From: a virus
Taxonomy: Duplodnaviria > Caudoviricetes
Virus record (IMG/VR): IMGVR_UViG_3300023208_000007
Span: 1-58,038 of that record
Reading direction: 5' to 3' (one strand)
Length of the DNA: 58,038 bases
Shown here: one piece after another, positions 1 to 9,621 of the stretch
Position numbering within the stretch: the first letter of the stretch is position 1
Layout of the letters: each line of letters starts with the position of its first letter
Notes under the pieces: generated by a model
What the model was told of the DNA's origin: nothing
What the model saw: the letters and a program-made list of their open reading frames with translations, nothing else
The model's database searches: none
Translations under genes and position numbers: made by a program

Positions 1-179
1 GAAACTTTTCAAAAGTATTTGATTATTAATTATTTTAATTTTTTCAAAATGAAAAAGCTTAGAAATTATTAAATGTGGGTAAATAGTTGGAAAAATAAGT
101 GTACATACTGATCAAACAGTATATTATATCACCATACTGAATAACATTGAACAGTTACTCTAAATGATTTAGAGTTCTT

Positions 180-364
180 ATGGAAAGATTTCAGTATACA
201 ATTGTTGTGATCAGCTTGATCACGTCAAGGATGTTTTAAGTTAGTCTGATTACTCTTCACGGAAGAAAATGGAAGCAAATAAGTGTGCATAGATGCACAA
301 TGGACGCGCGTAAGTCAGTTCTAATGGACTAACCTTTCATTTACTTTTTTAGGAGACTTACGTC
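180..364 (+). promoter_or_regulatory. Long 5' leader with seven GGA motifs (putative CsrA/RsmA binding sites)
   Basis: ATGGA 180, AAGGA 227, ACGGA 259, ATGGA 269, 300 and 324, and AGGAG Shine-Dalgarno at 351; early-type promoter (TGTACA..TATTAT) at about 100-127. Confidence 0.5.
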
Positions 365-766
365 ATGAAAACTTCAATTATCGCTCTTGCTATCGCTTTG
401 GCTTCTGGTTCTGCTTTCGCTACCAATTATGGTCCTTCTCAGGCCTCCATTGGTTTCGGTGCAGCTGAAGCTTCTTCCAACGTCGCCGTCGGCTCTCTTT
501 CTGCTACTGCAAACATCGGCAACGGTTTTGCTAAGCAGGGTACTGAAGTTGGCGCCTTTAATCAGTCTGGCGCCAGCGTTAAGCTTGGTAACGGCACTGT
601 TGAAACTGGCGCAGTCAGTGAAGGCGCTACTTACAGCAAGTCCTACGGGATCGCTCATCACGCTTTGGGCGTAACTGGTGGTTTTGCTGGCCAGACCGGT
701 TCTGCCGGCGCTGAAGGCGTTAGCTTGGTTGTTTATCCGGCTCCTCGCTCCAATCACGATCGTTAA
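365..766 (+). CDS. Secreted Gly/Ala/Ser-rich protein
   Basis: SD AGGAG; Sec signal peptide ending AFA; low-complexity beta-rich body. Confidence 0.75.
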   Translation: MKTSIIALAIALASGSAFATNYGPSQASIGFGAAEASSNVAVGSLSATANIGNGFAKQGTEVGAFNQSGASVKLGNGTVETGAVSEGATYSKSYGIAHHALGVTGGFAGQTGSAGAEGVSLVVYPAPRSNHDR

Positions 767-869
767 TATTCGCTCGTGATCTTGCTGTAGCAAGAGTCAT
801 GTAAATGTTGAAGACGCAGAGTAAAATTTGCGTCTTCAACATAATCTTTCAAAATTTTGGAGAAAAATT

Positions 870-1412
870 ATGAAGAATTTTATTCTTTCCGCAGTACTTG
901 CTCTTGCAGTTCCTTCAGCTTTTGCTGATATTACGGCTACAGCAAGTCAAAATCAAAACGCAACTGCGTCTTCAGGTTCAAGTTCTGGGAATGCTTTCAA
1001 TCAGAGGTTCGATAGTCACGATTCAGTTCGTGGGTCTGATCTCAGCAGCGCTGTTCCTAACGCCATTGCTCCAAACCTTGCTACCACATTGACTGAAACC
1101 TGTATGGGTTCCACCAGCTTTGGTGCTTCTGGTTCTGGTTTCGGCTTCAGCTTCGGTACCACTTGGCGTGACAGCGCTTGCGTACGTCGTCTTGACGCTC
1201 GCCAGCTTTCTGCTTTTGGCGATCTTCCTACTGCTCGTGAAATGATGTGCGATAGTGACAAAGTTCGTGAAGCCGCTAAGCGTGCAGGTCGTCCTTGCGT
1301 AGCTGATGGCGGACAGCCTTGGGGTATTCCGGTTGCAGCAGCTCCTCAGGAACAAATCGTTCCTACCCCTGAAGCAGCAGCTCCTGTGGTAACTGAACAA
1401 GTTCGCGAATAA
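870..1412 (+). CDS. Secreted Cys-containing hypothetical protein
   Basis: GGAG SD before ATG 870; signal peptide ending AFA; TCMGSTSFG..GFSFGTTWRDSACVRRLDAR motif with 4 Cys. Confidence 0.8.
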   Translation: MKNFILSAVLALAVPSAFADITATASQNQNATASSGSSSGNAFNQRFDSHDSVRGSDLSSAVPNAIAPNLATTLTETCMGSTSFGASGSGFGFSFGTTWRDSACVRRLDARQLSAFGDLPTAREMMCDSDKVREAAKRAGRPCVADGGQPWGIPVAAAPQEQIVPTPEAAAPVVTEQVRE

Positions 1413-1413
1413 T

Positions 1414-1554
1414 ATCACGGACTGATAAATATAGCATAGGACGCTACAGGGACAAGATTGTTATGCTTTAGGAGAGACATGGAGAGTTGGTAAATGGATT
1501 ACGTCACGGATGAATAAGGGTTTAGTAACACGGATTTGTTGCTAAACCCTTTTT
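1414..1554 (+). ncRNA. CsrB/RsmY/RsmZ-like GGA-repeat small RNA (candidate)
   Basis: 8 GGA motifs in about 116 nt, several in hairpin loops, ending in an intrinsic terminator 1516-1554. Confidence 0.6.
1516..1554 (+). terminator. Rho-independent terminator
   Basis: aagggtttagtaaca / tgttgctaaaccctt stem followed by a T tract. Confidence 0.85.
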
Positions 1555-1574
1555 AGTAACTAACTTGGAGATTT

Positions 1575-2132
1575 ATGATGAAAAAGCTTTTTTTGATTCT
1601 ACCTGTTCTTATGACGTTCATTGGTTGTACTCCTAATATCAAAGATCGGGACTTTGAAAAGGAAGAAGCCGAATTTATCAAAACACATGGAGTTGCCGCA
1701 AAAGATCCATTTTACGCGCCACCTACACCTGATCACATTATGGCAGGTGAAAAGGATGATGTTAGGATCACAATTCACAAGGGATCACCAACGCTACATG
1801 ACGCTAATGATGTAGATCACAACAAAATTGAACTACAGAATTGGTATGCAGTATTGACCAATGATGGTAAAAAACCAGTTTGCGTAATGACTGAGTGGAA
1901 ACTCATGGACTTTGAAATGATTTCGGATTATCCTGGTTTCGTTTACATGAGCCCGCATTCGCAAATTATAACCTACGCCCATCTCAGACAGCAAATTTGG
2001 AACATCGATGGTACTAAATTCGCGTTACCTCCATCAGGTTACGTTGAAGATATGGACATTCGAGAACCGAATAAAAAGGCAAAATCTGGTGATGAATGTG
2101 TCTTTGAGGACGATGATATTGAGGAGCAATAA
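1575..2132 (+). CDS. Putative lipoprotein
   Basis: Signal peptide with lipobox-like FIGC; SD GGAG. Confidence 0.75.
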   Translation: MMKKLFLILPVLMTFIGCTPNIKDRDFEKEEAEFIKTHGVAAKDPFYAPPTPDHIMAGEKDDVRITIHKGSPTLHDANDVDHNKIELQNWYAVLTNDGKKPVCVMTEWKLMDFEMISDYPGFVYMSPHSQIITYAHLRQQIWNIDGTKFALPPSGYVEDMDIREPNKKAKSGDECVFEDDDIEEQ

Positions 2133-2714
2133 ATGAATAAATTTGCAAGAAATGTAGCAATTACTTTTGGTTTGATTTCAACGGTGGCAGTAGCTGGTCA
2201 AATTAATAAATTCTTTGACAATTCTGTTAACTATCCACCGTTAAATACTGGTTATCTTTGGACACGTGGTCTTAATACAATTGACCCGCCTGTAGGTTCA
2301 ACTGCCAATGTGCTTGCTTCGGTAATGGAAAATGTTACTAATGGAGCGAAGGGGTTGTTTGCATGGAATATTTATACTCAAACAACTACTGACCAGGACG
2401 GCGGTGATACAGTTGGTTTGTATTCTCGAATGCATATCAATGGAACAAATAATTGGAACGCGGCGTTTCACGCTGAACAATTTCAGCATAATTCTTCTTC
2501 CAATGGAACTTCTATTGGCTTCAACACTGAAGCGTATAATGAAGAAAGCTTTGGTGACACGCCTACTAATACTGTGATTGGTTTTGATGCTCACGCAAAA
2601 ACTGGTGGTTTAGATACAGCGTTTTTAGTGCAGCAAGTTGATGGTGGCGGGCAAGGTGGCGGACAAAATAATGGTTGGAAAACTGGGTTAGCGCTCAACG
2701 GAACAACCATTTGA
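2133..2714 (+). CDS. Secreted beta-rich hypothetical protein, possibly frameshifted near its 3' end (continues in +1 frame to 2820)
   Basis: Signal peptide; Gly/Asn-rich; +1 frame reads DFGNGVTMKYNPVSKRLVIKDSTGKVLWRS. Confidence 0.65.
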   Translation: MNKFARNVAITFGLISTVAVAGQINKFFDNSVNYPPLNTGYLWTRGLNTIDPPVGSTANVLASVMENVTNGAKGLFAWNIYTQTTTDQDGGDTVGLYSRMHINGTNNWNAAFHAEQFQHNSSSNGTSIGFNTEAYNEESFGDTPTNTVIGFDAHAKTGGLDTAFLVQQVDGGGQGGGQNNGWKTGLALNGTTI

Positions 2715-2842
2715 TTTTGGTAATGGAGTCACCATGAAGTATAACCCAGTATCAAAGCGTCTTGTAATTAAAGACTCTACTGGAAAGGTTTTATGGCGCT
2801 CTGCTAAAGCTCGTGGTTAAGTAATATCTGAGGTACTTTTTC

Positions 2843-3442
2843 ATGAAATCATTACTCTTCACTCTACTTCTTTTAGCAAGCCAAATTGCTTCAGCTGTGA
2901 CGTTGTCTTCGATTGTCGATGAAAAAGTACCAACTGTTATTGCTGTTAAAGCTGAAGGTAAGCTAGTTGTTTATAGACCAGAAACTCGGTCAACAATGAT
3001 AAACCCAGCTCTGTTTGGGAAAATGCTTTCTGATGAGTATGATAAAATTGCATATGATATTGGCAAGTCAAAACCAGTTACACCAGCTGGTAACTTTGTA
3101 ATTGAAAAAGCATACAGCACAAAGATGCGTGAACCAATTATTATGTTTATTCACGGTAAAAAACAAGTGGTGGCAATTCACCCTCTTTATCTTGGTAAAC
3201 CTGGTGAACGTAGAGCCGAACGTTTAGCATCTGAACGTGTAGAAGATAGGCGCATAACCAATGGATGCATTAATGTTTCAGCTGATTTTTTTAATATGGC
3301 ACTTATTAGCTTGCCACAAAGAGCTAAAATGGTGGTTCTAAAAGAAGGTGAATCACTAATAAATGATATTGAATTCAATAATATAAAAGTAGTAGGAGAA
3401 TATAATGACGACGACGCAGGGCAACTTTTTCAACCTAGATGA
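2843..3442 (+). CDS. L,D-transpeptidase (YkuD-like) family protein
   Basis: Signal peptide; TPAGNF motif, AIH...ITNGCINV catalytic His/Cys motif. Confidence 0.7.
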   Translation: MKSLLFTLLLLASQIASAVTLSSIVDEKVPTVIAVKAEGKLVVYRPETRSTMINPALFGKMLSDEYDKIAYDIGKSKPVTPAGNFVIEKAYSTKMREPIIMFIHGKKQVVAIHPLYLGKPGERRAERLASERVEDRRITNGCINVSADFFNMALISLPQRAKMVVLKEGESLINDIEFNNIKVVGEYNDDDAGQLFQPR

Positions 3443-3731
3443 AATTCATTTGCTCGGTGATAGAATAGTAGTTGAGCTATTTGACAATGACGATCAATCA
3501 GCCGGTGGTATTTACATAGGATTGAAGTGGGACGAAGGATTTCGCCGCGGCAAGGTTTTAAAAACGGGACCTGGCAAAGTTGCTAAGCTAGGTCAAACAA
3601 TTCCAATTTCAGTTAAACCTGGTGACGTCGTTTTATTTGAGCCAATTGCGGGTCGTCACTTTGATACCTCAAGAACTGAGCGGTACCGGTTAATTAACGA
3701 GGATGAAATTCTATTCGTAATTGAAGAATAA
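3405..3731 (+). CDS. groES: Co-chaperonin GroES
   Basis: LLGDRIVVE..SAGGIY..GKVLKTGPG..VKPGDVVLF..INEDEIL. Confidence 0.9.
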   Translation: MTTTQGNFFNLDEIHLLGDRIVVELFDNDDQSAGGIYIGLKWDEGFRRGKVLKTGPGKVAKLGQTIPISVKPGDVVLFEPIAGRHFDTSRTERYRLINEDEILFVIEE

Positions 3732-3801
3732 GCATTGACCTTCGATAAATAGAGCTGAAAGCAGTAAAAACTGCTTGTAAGCTTTATAATCGGAGGTTTA
3801 A

Positions 3802-4053
3802 ATGAAAGTAGGACCATTTTTAATTCAACAATTTGCGTCATTTCTCTTAGGAAGTGATATTTTTAATCGTTTAAAAGCTGTAGTAGAACGTCAAAATGAT
3901 AAAGCATTAACTGGGCCAGAAAAACGTCATGCAGCTCTTGAAGAAATCAAAGAAATCGGTCTTGATCTTGCTAACTGGGCAGTCAATCTTGGTGTTGAAC
4001 TTGCAGTTGCGTGGTTTCAACATAAAGCAGGAAAGACTATTTCCAGTAAGTAA
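3802..4053 (+). CDS. Hypothetical protein
   Basis: Strong GGAGG SD; GATAAATA late-like promoter upstream. Confidence 0.7.
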   Translation: MKVGPFLIQQFASFLLGSDIFNRLKAVVERQNDKALTGPEKRHAALEEIKEIGLDLANWAVNLGVELAVAWFQHKAGKTISSK

Positions 4054-4216
4054 ATAATGAATAAATGTTATTACATAACACTTAAAATTTAAACTAAATT
4101 CCATAAATACTTTAGCAAGGGATGCCACAAGGAACGTTTTACTGCTGCCCCGCCTGGAGACACCACTGGAAGTTTGATAATCTAGGCGCCCTTTTTTATA
4201 AATCATGAGGAATATT

Positions 4217-4306
4217 ATGGAACACTTACTTTTTATTGCGTTAGTAGTTGGTTGGCCAGGTATATTTTTACTTTTTAAAATGTTCAGAAAAGGAAATAAA
4301 GAATAA
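4217..4306 (+). CDS. Small single-pass membrane peptide (29 aa)
   Basis: GAGGA SD; MEHLLFIALVVGWPGIFLLFKMFRKGNKE. Confidence 0.5.
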   Translation: MEHLLFIALVVGWPGIFLLFKMFRKGNKE

Positions 4307-4437
4307 TGGAAGAAAAAATTGAAAAATTAGAAGAGAAAGTTGAAGCGCTAACTGAATTAGTTGCGCAACTAATTAAGCGTGTTACTGAACTTGAAAGCAA
4401 AGAAGTTGTTACATATTCAGGAAGAGTAGGCGCTTAA
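4306..4437 (+). CDS. Small coiled-coil protein (43 aa)
   Basis: TAATG coupling to the previous ORF; heptad pattern MEEKIEKLEEKVEALTELVAQLIKRVTELE. Confidence 0.55.
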   Translation: MEEKIEKLEEKVEALTELVAQLIKRVTELESKEVVTYSGRVGA

Positions 4438-4454
4438 TTGAAAAGCATTCAGCA

Positions 4455-4664
4455 TTATGGACCTGGATCAACAGGTCCATAACTAAATTGACGTGGCCCG
4501 CAGCGTCATAAAAGGTGGCGAGCCCTAGGGATTTTTAATCCTGGCGAAGTGTAAGCGTGACGAATTGATCACGTAAGGACGTGTGATAAACCTGCTAATA
4601 CGATAAATTAGCGTTGGCTAGGAACCAGCATTTACTCTAAAGGGTCTCATTGAGACCCTTTTTT
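4455..4664 (+). ncRNA. Structured intergenic RNA candidate ending in a terminator
   Basis: Perfect 11-bp hairpin 4455-4482, several further hairpins, terminator aaagggtctc/gagaccctttttt. Confidence 0.4.
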
Positions 4665-4868
4665 AGTTTCTAAATATTTCTTTAATAATTATTTTTATTT
4701 TAATATTGGTTTAATAAAAATAATTTACAATTAGCCATTTTTGTGATATAAATACACTTAGGATGAGACTTCTTTTAAGGATCCAAGCATCTTAGCGTTG
4801 TTACAACTCCTAAAGCCCGGTAAATTCTTACCGAATATTTAAATTTCGAGTTTTAAGGTATTTTAACT

Positions 4869-7100
4869 ATGATTAGATTTAAAAAAATCATATTGGGAAC
4901 CGCTTTGTTCGTTGTTTCTCACTTAACGAGCGCAGCAGTTCTCATTATTCCTACCCCACTAAATACCGCCATTAAACCTCCAATGGAGGTTAAATTTGAT
5001 GGTGTGCTTCAACCTACCGGTATAAATTCAATAGTTGCAAATCAAGCGGCTTTAGTTCGACTTGGTAAAGCGTTATTTTGGGATACTCAAGTTGGATCTG
5101 ATGGAATGGCCTGCGCATCATGTCATTTTCACGCAGGTGCTGATAGCAGAAACGTAAATCAAATTAATCCTGGTTTAAATCATGCTGGCAATACTGTATT
5201 TGATCCATTCCCAACTGGTGCTAAAGGTCCAAATTCAACATTGACAGTGCGTGATTTTCCAATGTGGCAGTTTACTGGTGTTGATCCATTAAATCCACTT
5301 CGTCAAACTGCGCTAGTTATTGATGATGTTATTAGTTCTGCAGGAACATTTAACGGCGTTTTTGTTAATACCAGTGGTACTTCCGGTAATGACGTTTGTA
5401 CGCCAAGAGCGCCTGATTATGCAACAAAAGATAATCTAAACACGCGTTTTGTTGAACCACGTAATACTCCAACTACAATTGGCGCTGGATTCTTAGTTCG
5501 TAATTTCTGGGATGGTAGAGCTAATCGTGTATTTAATGGTGTAAATCCTTTTGGTTTACGTGATCCTAACGCGCGTGTTTTTAGAAACGTTGCTGGTGTT
5601 GTCGCTCCTGTTAAATTAGAAGTGAATAATGCTTCTACTGCATCTCAAGCAGTTGGTCCAGTGCTTTCAAATCTAGAAATGAGCTGTCAAAATAGAGCAT
5701 TTCTTGACGTAGCTGCTAAGATCGTTGCAGCTAAAGCGTTAGCAAATCAGAAGGTTTCTCAATCTGACAGCGTTTTAGCGTCTCTTGTAGCTGGGACCGC
5801 CAATCCAAATTTCCTTCGCGCTAACGTTACCTATCGTTCATTAATTCAAGCTGCATTTAAGCCAGAATTTTACACTGGAACAAATGCCCAAGGAATTCCT
5901 TTAGAACAATCAAACTTTGCAATGTACTTTGGTTTAGCTGTTGCTGCTTATGAGAATACATTAGTTGCTGGTAACAGTAAATTTGATACCATTCCAAGAA
6001 CAATCCAAAATGTTCTACCGGTTGGTGGTGCAATTCCTGTTCAAGCACCTCAGCCAATTCGTCTTCCAAGCGGTGTTTTTCGCGGTTTAACACGTAGCGA
6101 GTCACGTGGTCTTGATTTGTTCATGGGCGTAGTTTCAGCTCTAAATCCACAAGTTGGCGTTGATCCTATAACTGGCGCCCCAATTCCACAGAAAAATGGT
6201 CGCTGCATTCTTTGTCATAATGGTCCAGAATTTACAACTGCAACATTTACTGCTTTAGCTCCTGCTCCTGCCGGTGTAATTGTTCCTCCTGGTGCTATCG
6301 CTCCTGAGTTTATGGCTGAACCAATGCCTTTTGCTCCAGGTCTTGCTGGCGCAATTCCTGTTGATCCAATTGTTCCAGCGTTTGATCCAGCAGCTCAGTT
6401 TGGTACTTATGATCTTGGCTTCTATGATATCGGTGTAACACCGCTTGATTTCGATCATGGTCTAGGTGGAAATGACCCATGGAATAATCCGCTAGCGTTC
6501 GCTAAACAATGGGAAAATGCATTTAATGCAAATACTCCTTGCCCTGTTAGCCCTCTCGGTATCGTTGTAGGCGGAGCAGCTTGTACGCCTCCTACTACGT
6601 CTGATGTGTTCAACGTCAATATCAATTTTGTTGATGCAGTTGGTCTACCAGTTGTTATGACTCCAGCGCTTTCACCGGCAAAGACTGACGGTTCATTTAA
6701 GACACCATCTCTAAGAAACGTTGCTTTAACTGCACCGTATTTCCATAACGGTTCAGCAAAAACCCTTGAAGAAGCTCTTCAAGTTTATAATAATGGCGGG
6801 TTGTTTATTAATCCAAATCATCACCCAGAAATTATACCACTTGCATTTGATACAACAGATATTACTGACGTTGCTAATTTCTTGAGAACTCTTACTGACA
6901 ATCGTGTTACTCTTGAGCGCGCCCCATTTGACCATCCTGAGTTGTTGCTTCCAAACGGCCACAAAACGGATGTTAATGGAATATTAATAGGTGCTATTGG
7001 ACAACTAAATGCGACTGATAACATCGTTAAAATTACTGCAACTGGCAGACTTGGACGTACAAGAGCATTACCTAACTTCGAACAGACGTTAGCTCCGTAA
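4869..7100 (+). CDS. Di-heme cytochrome c peroxidase (bCcP/MauG superfamily), secreted
   Basis: Signal peptide; [48 protein letters not shown] motifs; TATAAATA at 4747. Confidence 0.9.
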   Translation: MIRFKKIILGTALFVVSHLTSAAVLIIPTPLNTAIKPPMEVKFDGVLQPTGINSIVANQAALVRLGKALFWDTQVGSDGMACASCHFHAGADSRNVNQINPGLNHAGNTVFDPFPTGAKGPNSTLTVRDFPMWQFTGVDPLNPLRQTALVIDDVISSAGTFNGVFVNTSGTSGNDVCTPRAPDYATKDNLNTRFVEPRNTPTTIGAGFLVRNFWDGRANRVFNGVNPFGLRDPNARVFRNVAGVVAPVKLEVNNASTASQAVGPVLSNLEMSCQNRAFLDVAAKIVAAKALANQKVSQSDSVLASLVAGTANPNFLRANVTYRSLIQAAFKPEFYTGTNAQGIPLEQSNFAMYFGLAVAAYENTLVAGNSKFDTIPRTIQNVLPVGGAIPVQAPQPIRLPSGVFRGLTRSESRGLDLFMGVVSALNPQVGVDPITGAPIPQKNGRCILCHNGPEFTTATFTALAPAPAGVIVPPGAIAPEFMAEPMPFAPGLAGAIPVDPIVPAFDPAAQFGTYDLGFYDIGVTPLDFDHGLGGNDPWNNPLAFAKQWENAFNANTPCPVSPLGIVVGGAACTPPTTSDVFNVNINFVDAVGLPVVMTPALSPAKTDGSFKTPSLRNVALTAPYFHNGSAKTLEEALQVYNNGGLFINPNHHPEIIPLAFDTTDITDVANFLRTLTDNRVTLERAPFDHPELLLPNGHKTDVNGILIGAIGQLNATDNIVKITATGRLGRTRALPNFEQTLAP

Positions 7101-7216
7101 AGTCCTATTTGGTGACAATAAATAGCAATGAGTGGTTAACAGCTGCTCATTGCTATTCCAATCGTCTTTAATTTGTGGCCTTAGACGATGGCCAGTTTCA
7201 TATCAAGGAGAAATAA

Positions 7217-8005
7217 ATGATGTACAATAACAAGCTAGTGGTCTGCGTAAAAGCAGGCGGTCAAATTCTTCGTGAGAATGGAGATACAATCTTTCTTCCA
7301 TTCAACACGGAATATTCTTTATATTTCAAAAACTTAAATAGCACCCGCGTTCAGTTTTCACTAAACGTCGATGGTCAAAATGCAACTGAAGATTGTTACT
7401 TGGTTATTGAGCCAGGTCGTGAAATGACACTTGAACGTTTTATCAAAAATGGTAACATGAACAGCGGCAATCGCTTCAAGTTTATTGAACGCTCTGCTTC
7501 TGTTGAGCAACACCGTGGTATTGGCGCGGAAGATGGGTTAATTCATATTGAATTTGAATTTGAGCAACCATACGTTCAACCCATTTCATATCGCCCAAAT
7601 CGTACACCTGACTGGATCTATAATCAAAATAATTTCTTAGGCGGCCAACTTAGGTCAAAAGATCTTGGAGCTGTGGCACCTCGAGGAATAGTTGATAATT
7701 CATTCTATAATAGCACGTGTTCATATGATTCAAATGTTCGAGGTGTTGAAATTTCAGCGCAAAATGTTGCAGGTATTACTGTACCTGGGTCTATTTCAAC
7801 TCAGCAATTTCATGAGACGCAGGCTCTTAAAACAGATGGTGTAAAACATTCTATAGTGCTTCGTCTTCTCGGTGAAATTCAAAACAAAATCGTTCAGCGT
7901 CCAGTTACTGTAAAACACAAACCTACTTGTGTTACTTGTGGTCGTCGAAATAAAGCTACAGCTCGATTTTGCACAAATTGTGGTACAAATTTGCAATTAA
8001 TCTGA
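7217..8005 (+). CDS. Hypothetical protein with C-terminal zinc ribbon
   Basis: CVTCG..FCTNCG; strong SD. Confidence 0.75.
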   Translation: MMYNNKLVVCVKAGGQILRENGDTIFLPFNTEYSLYFKNLNSTRVQFSLNVDGQNATEDCYLVIEPGREMTLERFIKNGNMNSGNRFKFIERSASVEQHRGIGAEDGLIHIEFEFEQPYVQPISYRPNRTPDWIYNQNNFLGGQLRSKDLGAVAPRGIVDNSFYNSTCSYDSNVRGVEISAQNVAGITVPGSISTQQFHETQALKTDGVKHSIVLRLLGEIQNKIVQRPVTVKHKPTCVTCGRRNKATARFCTNCGTNLQLI

Positions 8006-8044
8006 TAAATAGAAGTATCACATGTTAATTATGGGAGATACACA

Positions 8045-8386
8045 ATGTCAGATTTTCAAAAATTATTAGACGCAATTAAAGATCAAAAGGTTCGTCTTGA
8101 TTTCAATGTAAAGCAGATTGAAGAACAAGTTGTAACTGGTGCCAAAGCCGCTGGAACAGCTGTCGTGAATGCGGGTTATGAGGTAGGTAATAAAGCTGGT
8201 GAAGTTTACGATCAGGTTAAACCAGTTGTTGTTGAAGCAGCTCAAGCTGTTGCAGCAAAGGTTGAGGAAGTTGTGGCTGAAGTTAAACCAGTTGTTGTTG
8301 AAGTAGTTGAAGATGTTAAGGAAGCCGTAACAAATACTGTTGACGCTGTTGAACAAAAAATTGACGAACTTACTAAAAAAGATTAA
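8045..8386 (+). CDS. Low-complexity Val/Glu/Ala helical protein
   Basis: SD GGAG; repeated VKPVVVE; GATAAATA upstream. Confidence 0.65.
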   Translation: MSDFQKLLDAIKDQKVRLDFNVKQIEEQVVTGAKAAGTAVVNAGYEVGNKAGEVYDQVKPVVVEAAQAVAAKVEEVVAEVKPVVVEVVEDVKEAVTNTVDAVEQKIDELTKKD

Positions 8387-8391
8387 AAATT

Positions 8392-8419
8392 TGTACTTTT
8401 AGGGAACTTGTGTTATAAT
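8392..8419 (+). promoter_or_regulatory. Early/middle-type promoter TGTAC(A/T)-N16/17-TATAAT (representative copy)
   Basis: Same motif at 10469, 18880, 23746, 27694, 31015, 44769, 46647, 55059 and 57188. Confidence 0.75.
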
Positions 8420-8454
8420 AAACTCAAGTTCCCTTTTGTATGAGAGAAACTACG

Positions 8455-9621
8455 ATGAAATTTTACCTTGTTGGCGGCGCGGTCAGAGATATTGCGCTAA
8501 ATAAGGCGCCACGAGATATCGATTTTCTCGTAGTTGGTGCTACTCATCAAGACATGCTGAATATGGATTTTATTCCCATTGAGGCAACATCTTTCCCTGT
8601 TTACCATCACCCTGTATCAAAAGCTGAATTTGCCTTAGCGCGACGGGAGCGCAAGGTAGGGACTGGATACCATGGTTTTGAAGTAGATTTTAGTCCTGAC
8701 GTAACGTTGGAGGAAGATCTTTTTAGACGCGATTTTACCATCAACGCAATGGCTATTGAAGTTTATCAAGTCTATGATGATGGGTCTTACGAGGTCACTT
8801 CTGGTGACATTATTGACCCATTTAATGGACTATATGATTTAGAAACCAAAGTGCTAAGGCATGTCTCTGATCACTTCATGGAGGATCCTGTACGTGTTCT
8901 AAGAGCTGCTAGGTTTTTAGCTAGATGGCCTGAGTTTCACATCGATGCTGGAACGCTTAATCTGATCAGTGAAATGCGTGAAAATGGTGAACTAAACAGT
9001 CTCACACCTGAGCGCATTTATCTTGAACTGACAAAGACACTAATGGAAAAAATGCCAAGTCGCTTTTTTCAATATTTGTATGAGTGGAGGCTCAGCCATC
9101 TTGTTCAACATATTTCAGTGCATTCAACAGTTTTCGATTACCTGCCTGACACCGTGACGTTAACACAACGCTTTGCCATTTTGGCTGCCTCACATTGTTA
9201 TTTGTCAGCAAGTGACATCGTTGAAAAAATGACAGCGCTGAAAACCCCTAGTGAAATTATCAAGGTGATGCTGAAAGCAAAATTTCTTGATTACCAGTTT
9301 ATGCAGCTTACCTCTGATTTTATGACTGATTGCAAGTTAGCGGTATGGGTATTTGAAACTTTGAAAGGATTGAACGCAGTACAAGACCCCCGCATAATGC
9401 GAGAGCTAACGGCTGCTTTGCCGTTCTACATTAGCTTCAAGGATAAGGTTCAAGTATGGATGCTGCTCAATTATGCTGCAGGAATTATTTCAAGAACGCG
9501 CTTTGCCGATCTAACGGAAGACCAGCAAAAAACATTAAAAGGACCTGACGTTGGTCGCGCTCTTGATGAACTAAAAATTAAACAAATTCAAAAACTTATA
9601 GACACAATAAATGGACAGTAA
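8455..9621 (+). CDS. cca: tRNA nucleotidyltransferase (CCA-adding enzyme)
   Basis: YLVGGAVRD, DIDF, EFALARRERK, EDLFRRDFTINAMA, EDPVRVLRAARF. Confidence 0.93.
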   Translation: MKFYLVGGAVRDIALNKAPRDIDFLVVGATHQDMLNMDFIPIEATSFPVYHHPVSKAEFALARRERKVGTGYHGFEVDFSPDVTLEEDLFRRDFTINAMAIEVYQVYDDGSYEVTSGDIIDPFNGLYDLETKVLRHVSDHFMEDPVRVLRAARFLARWPEFHIDAGTLNLISEMRENGELNSLTPERIYLELTKTLMEKMPSRFFQYLYEWRLSHLVQHISVHSTVFDYLPDTVTLTQRFAILAASHCYLSASDIVEKMTALKTPSEIIKVMLKAKFLDYQFMQLTSDFMTDCKLAVWVFETLKGLNAVQDPRIMRELTAALPFYISFKDKVQVWMLLNYAAGIISRTRFADLTEDQQKTLKGPDVGRALDELKIKQIQKLIDTINGQ

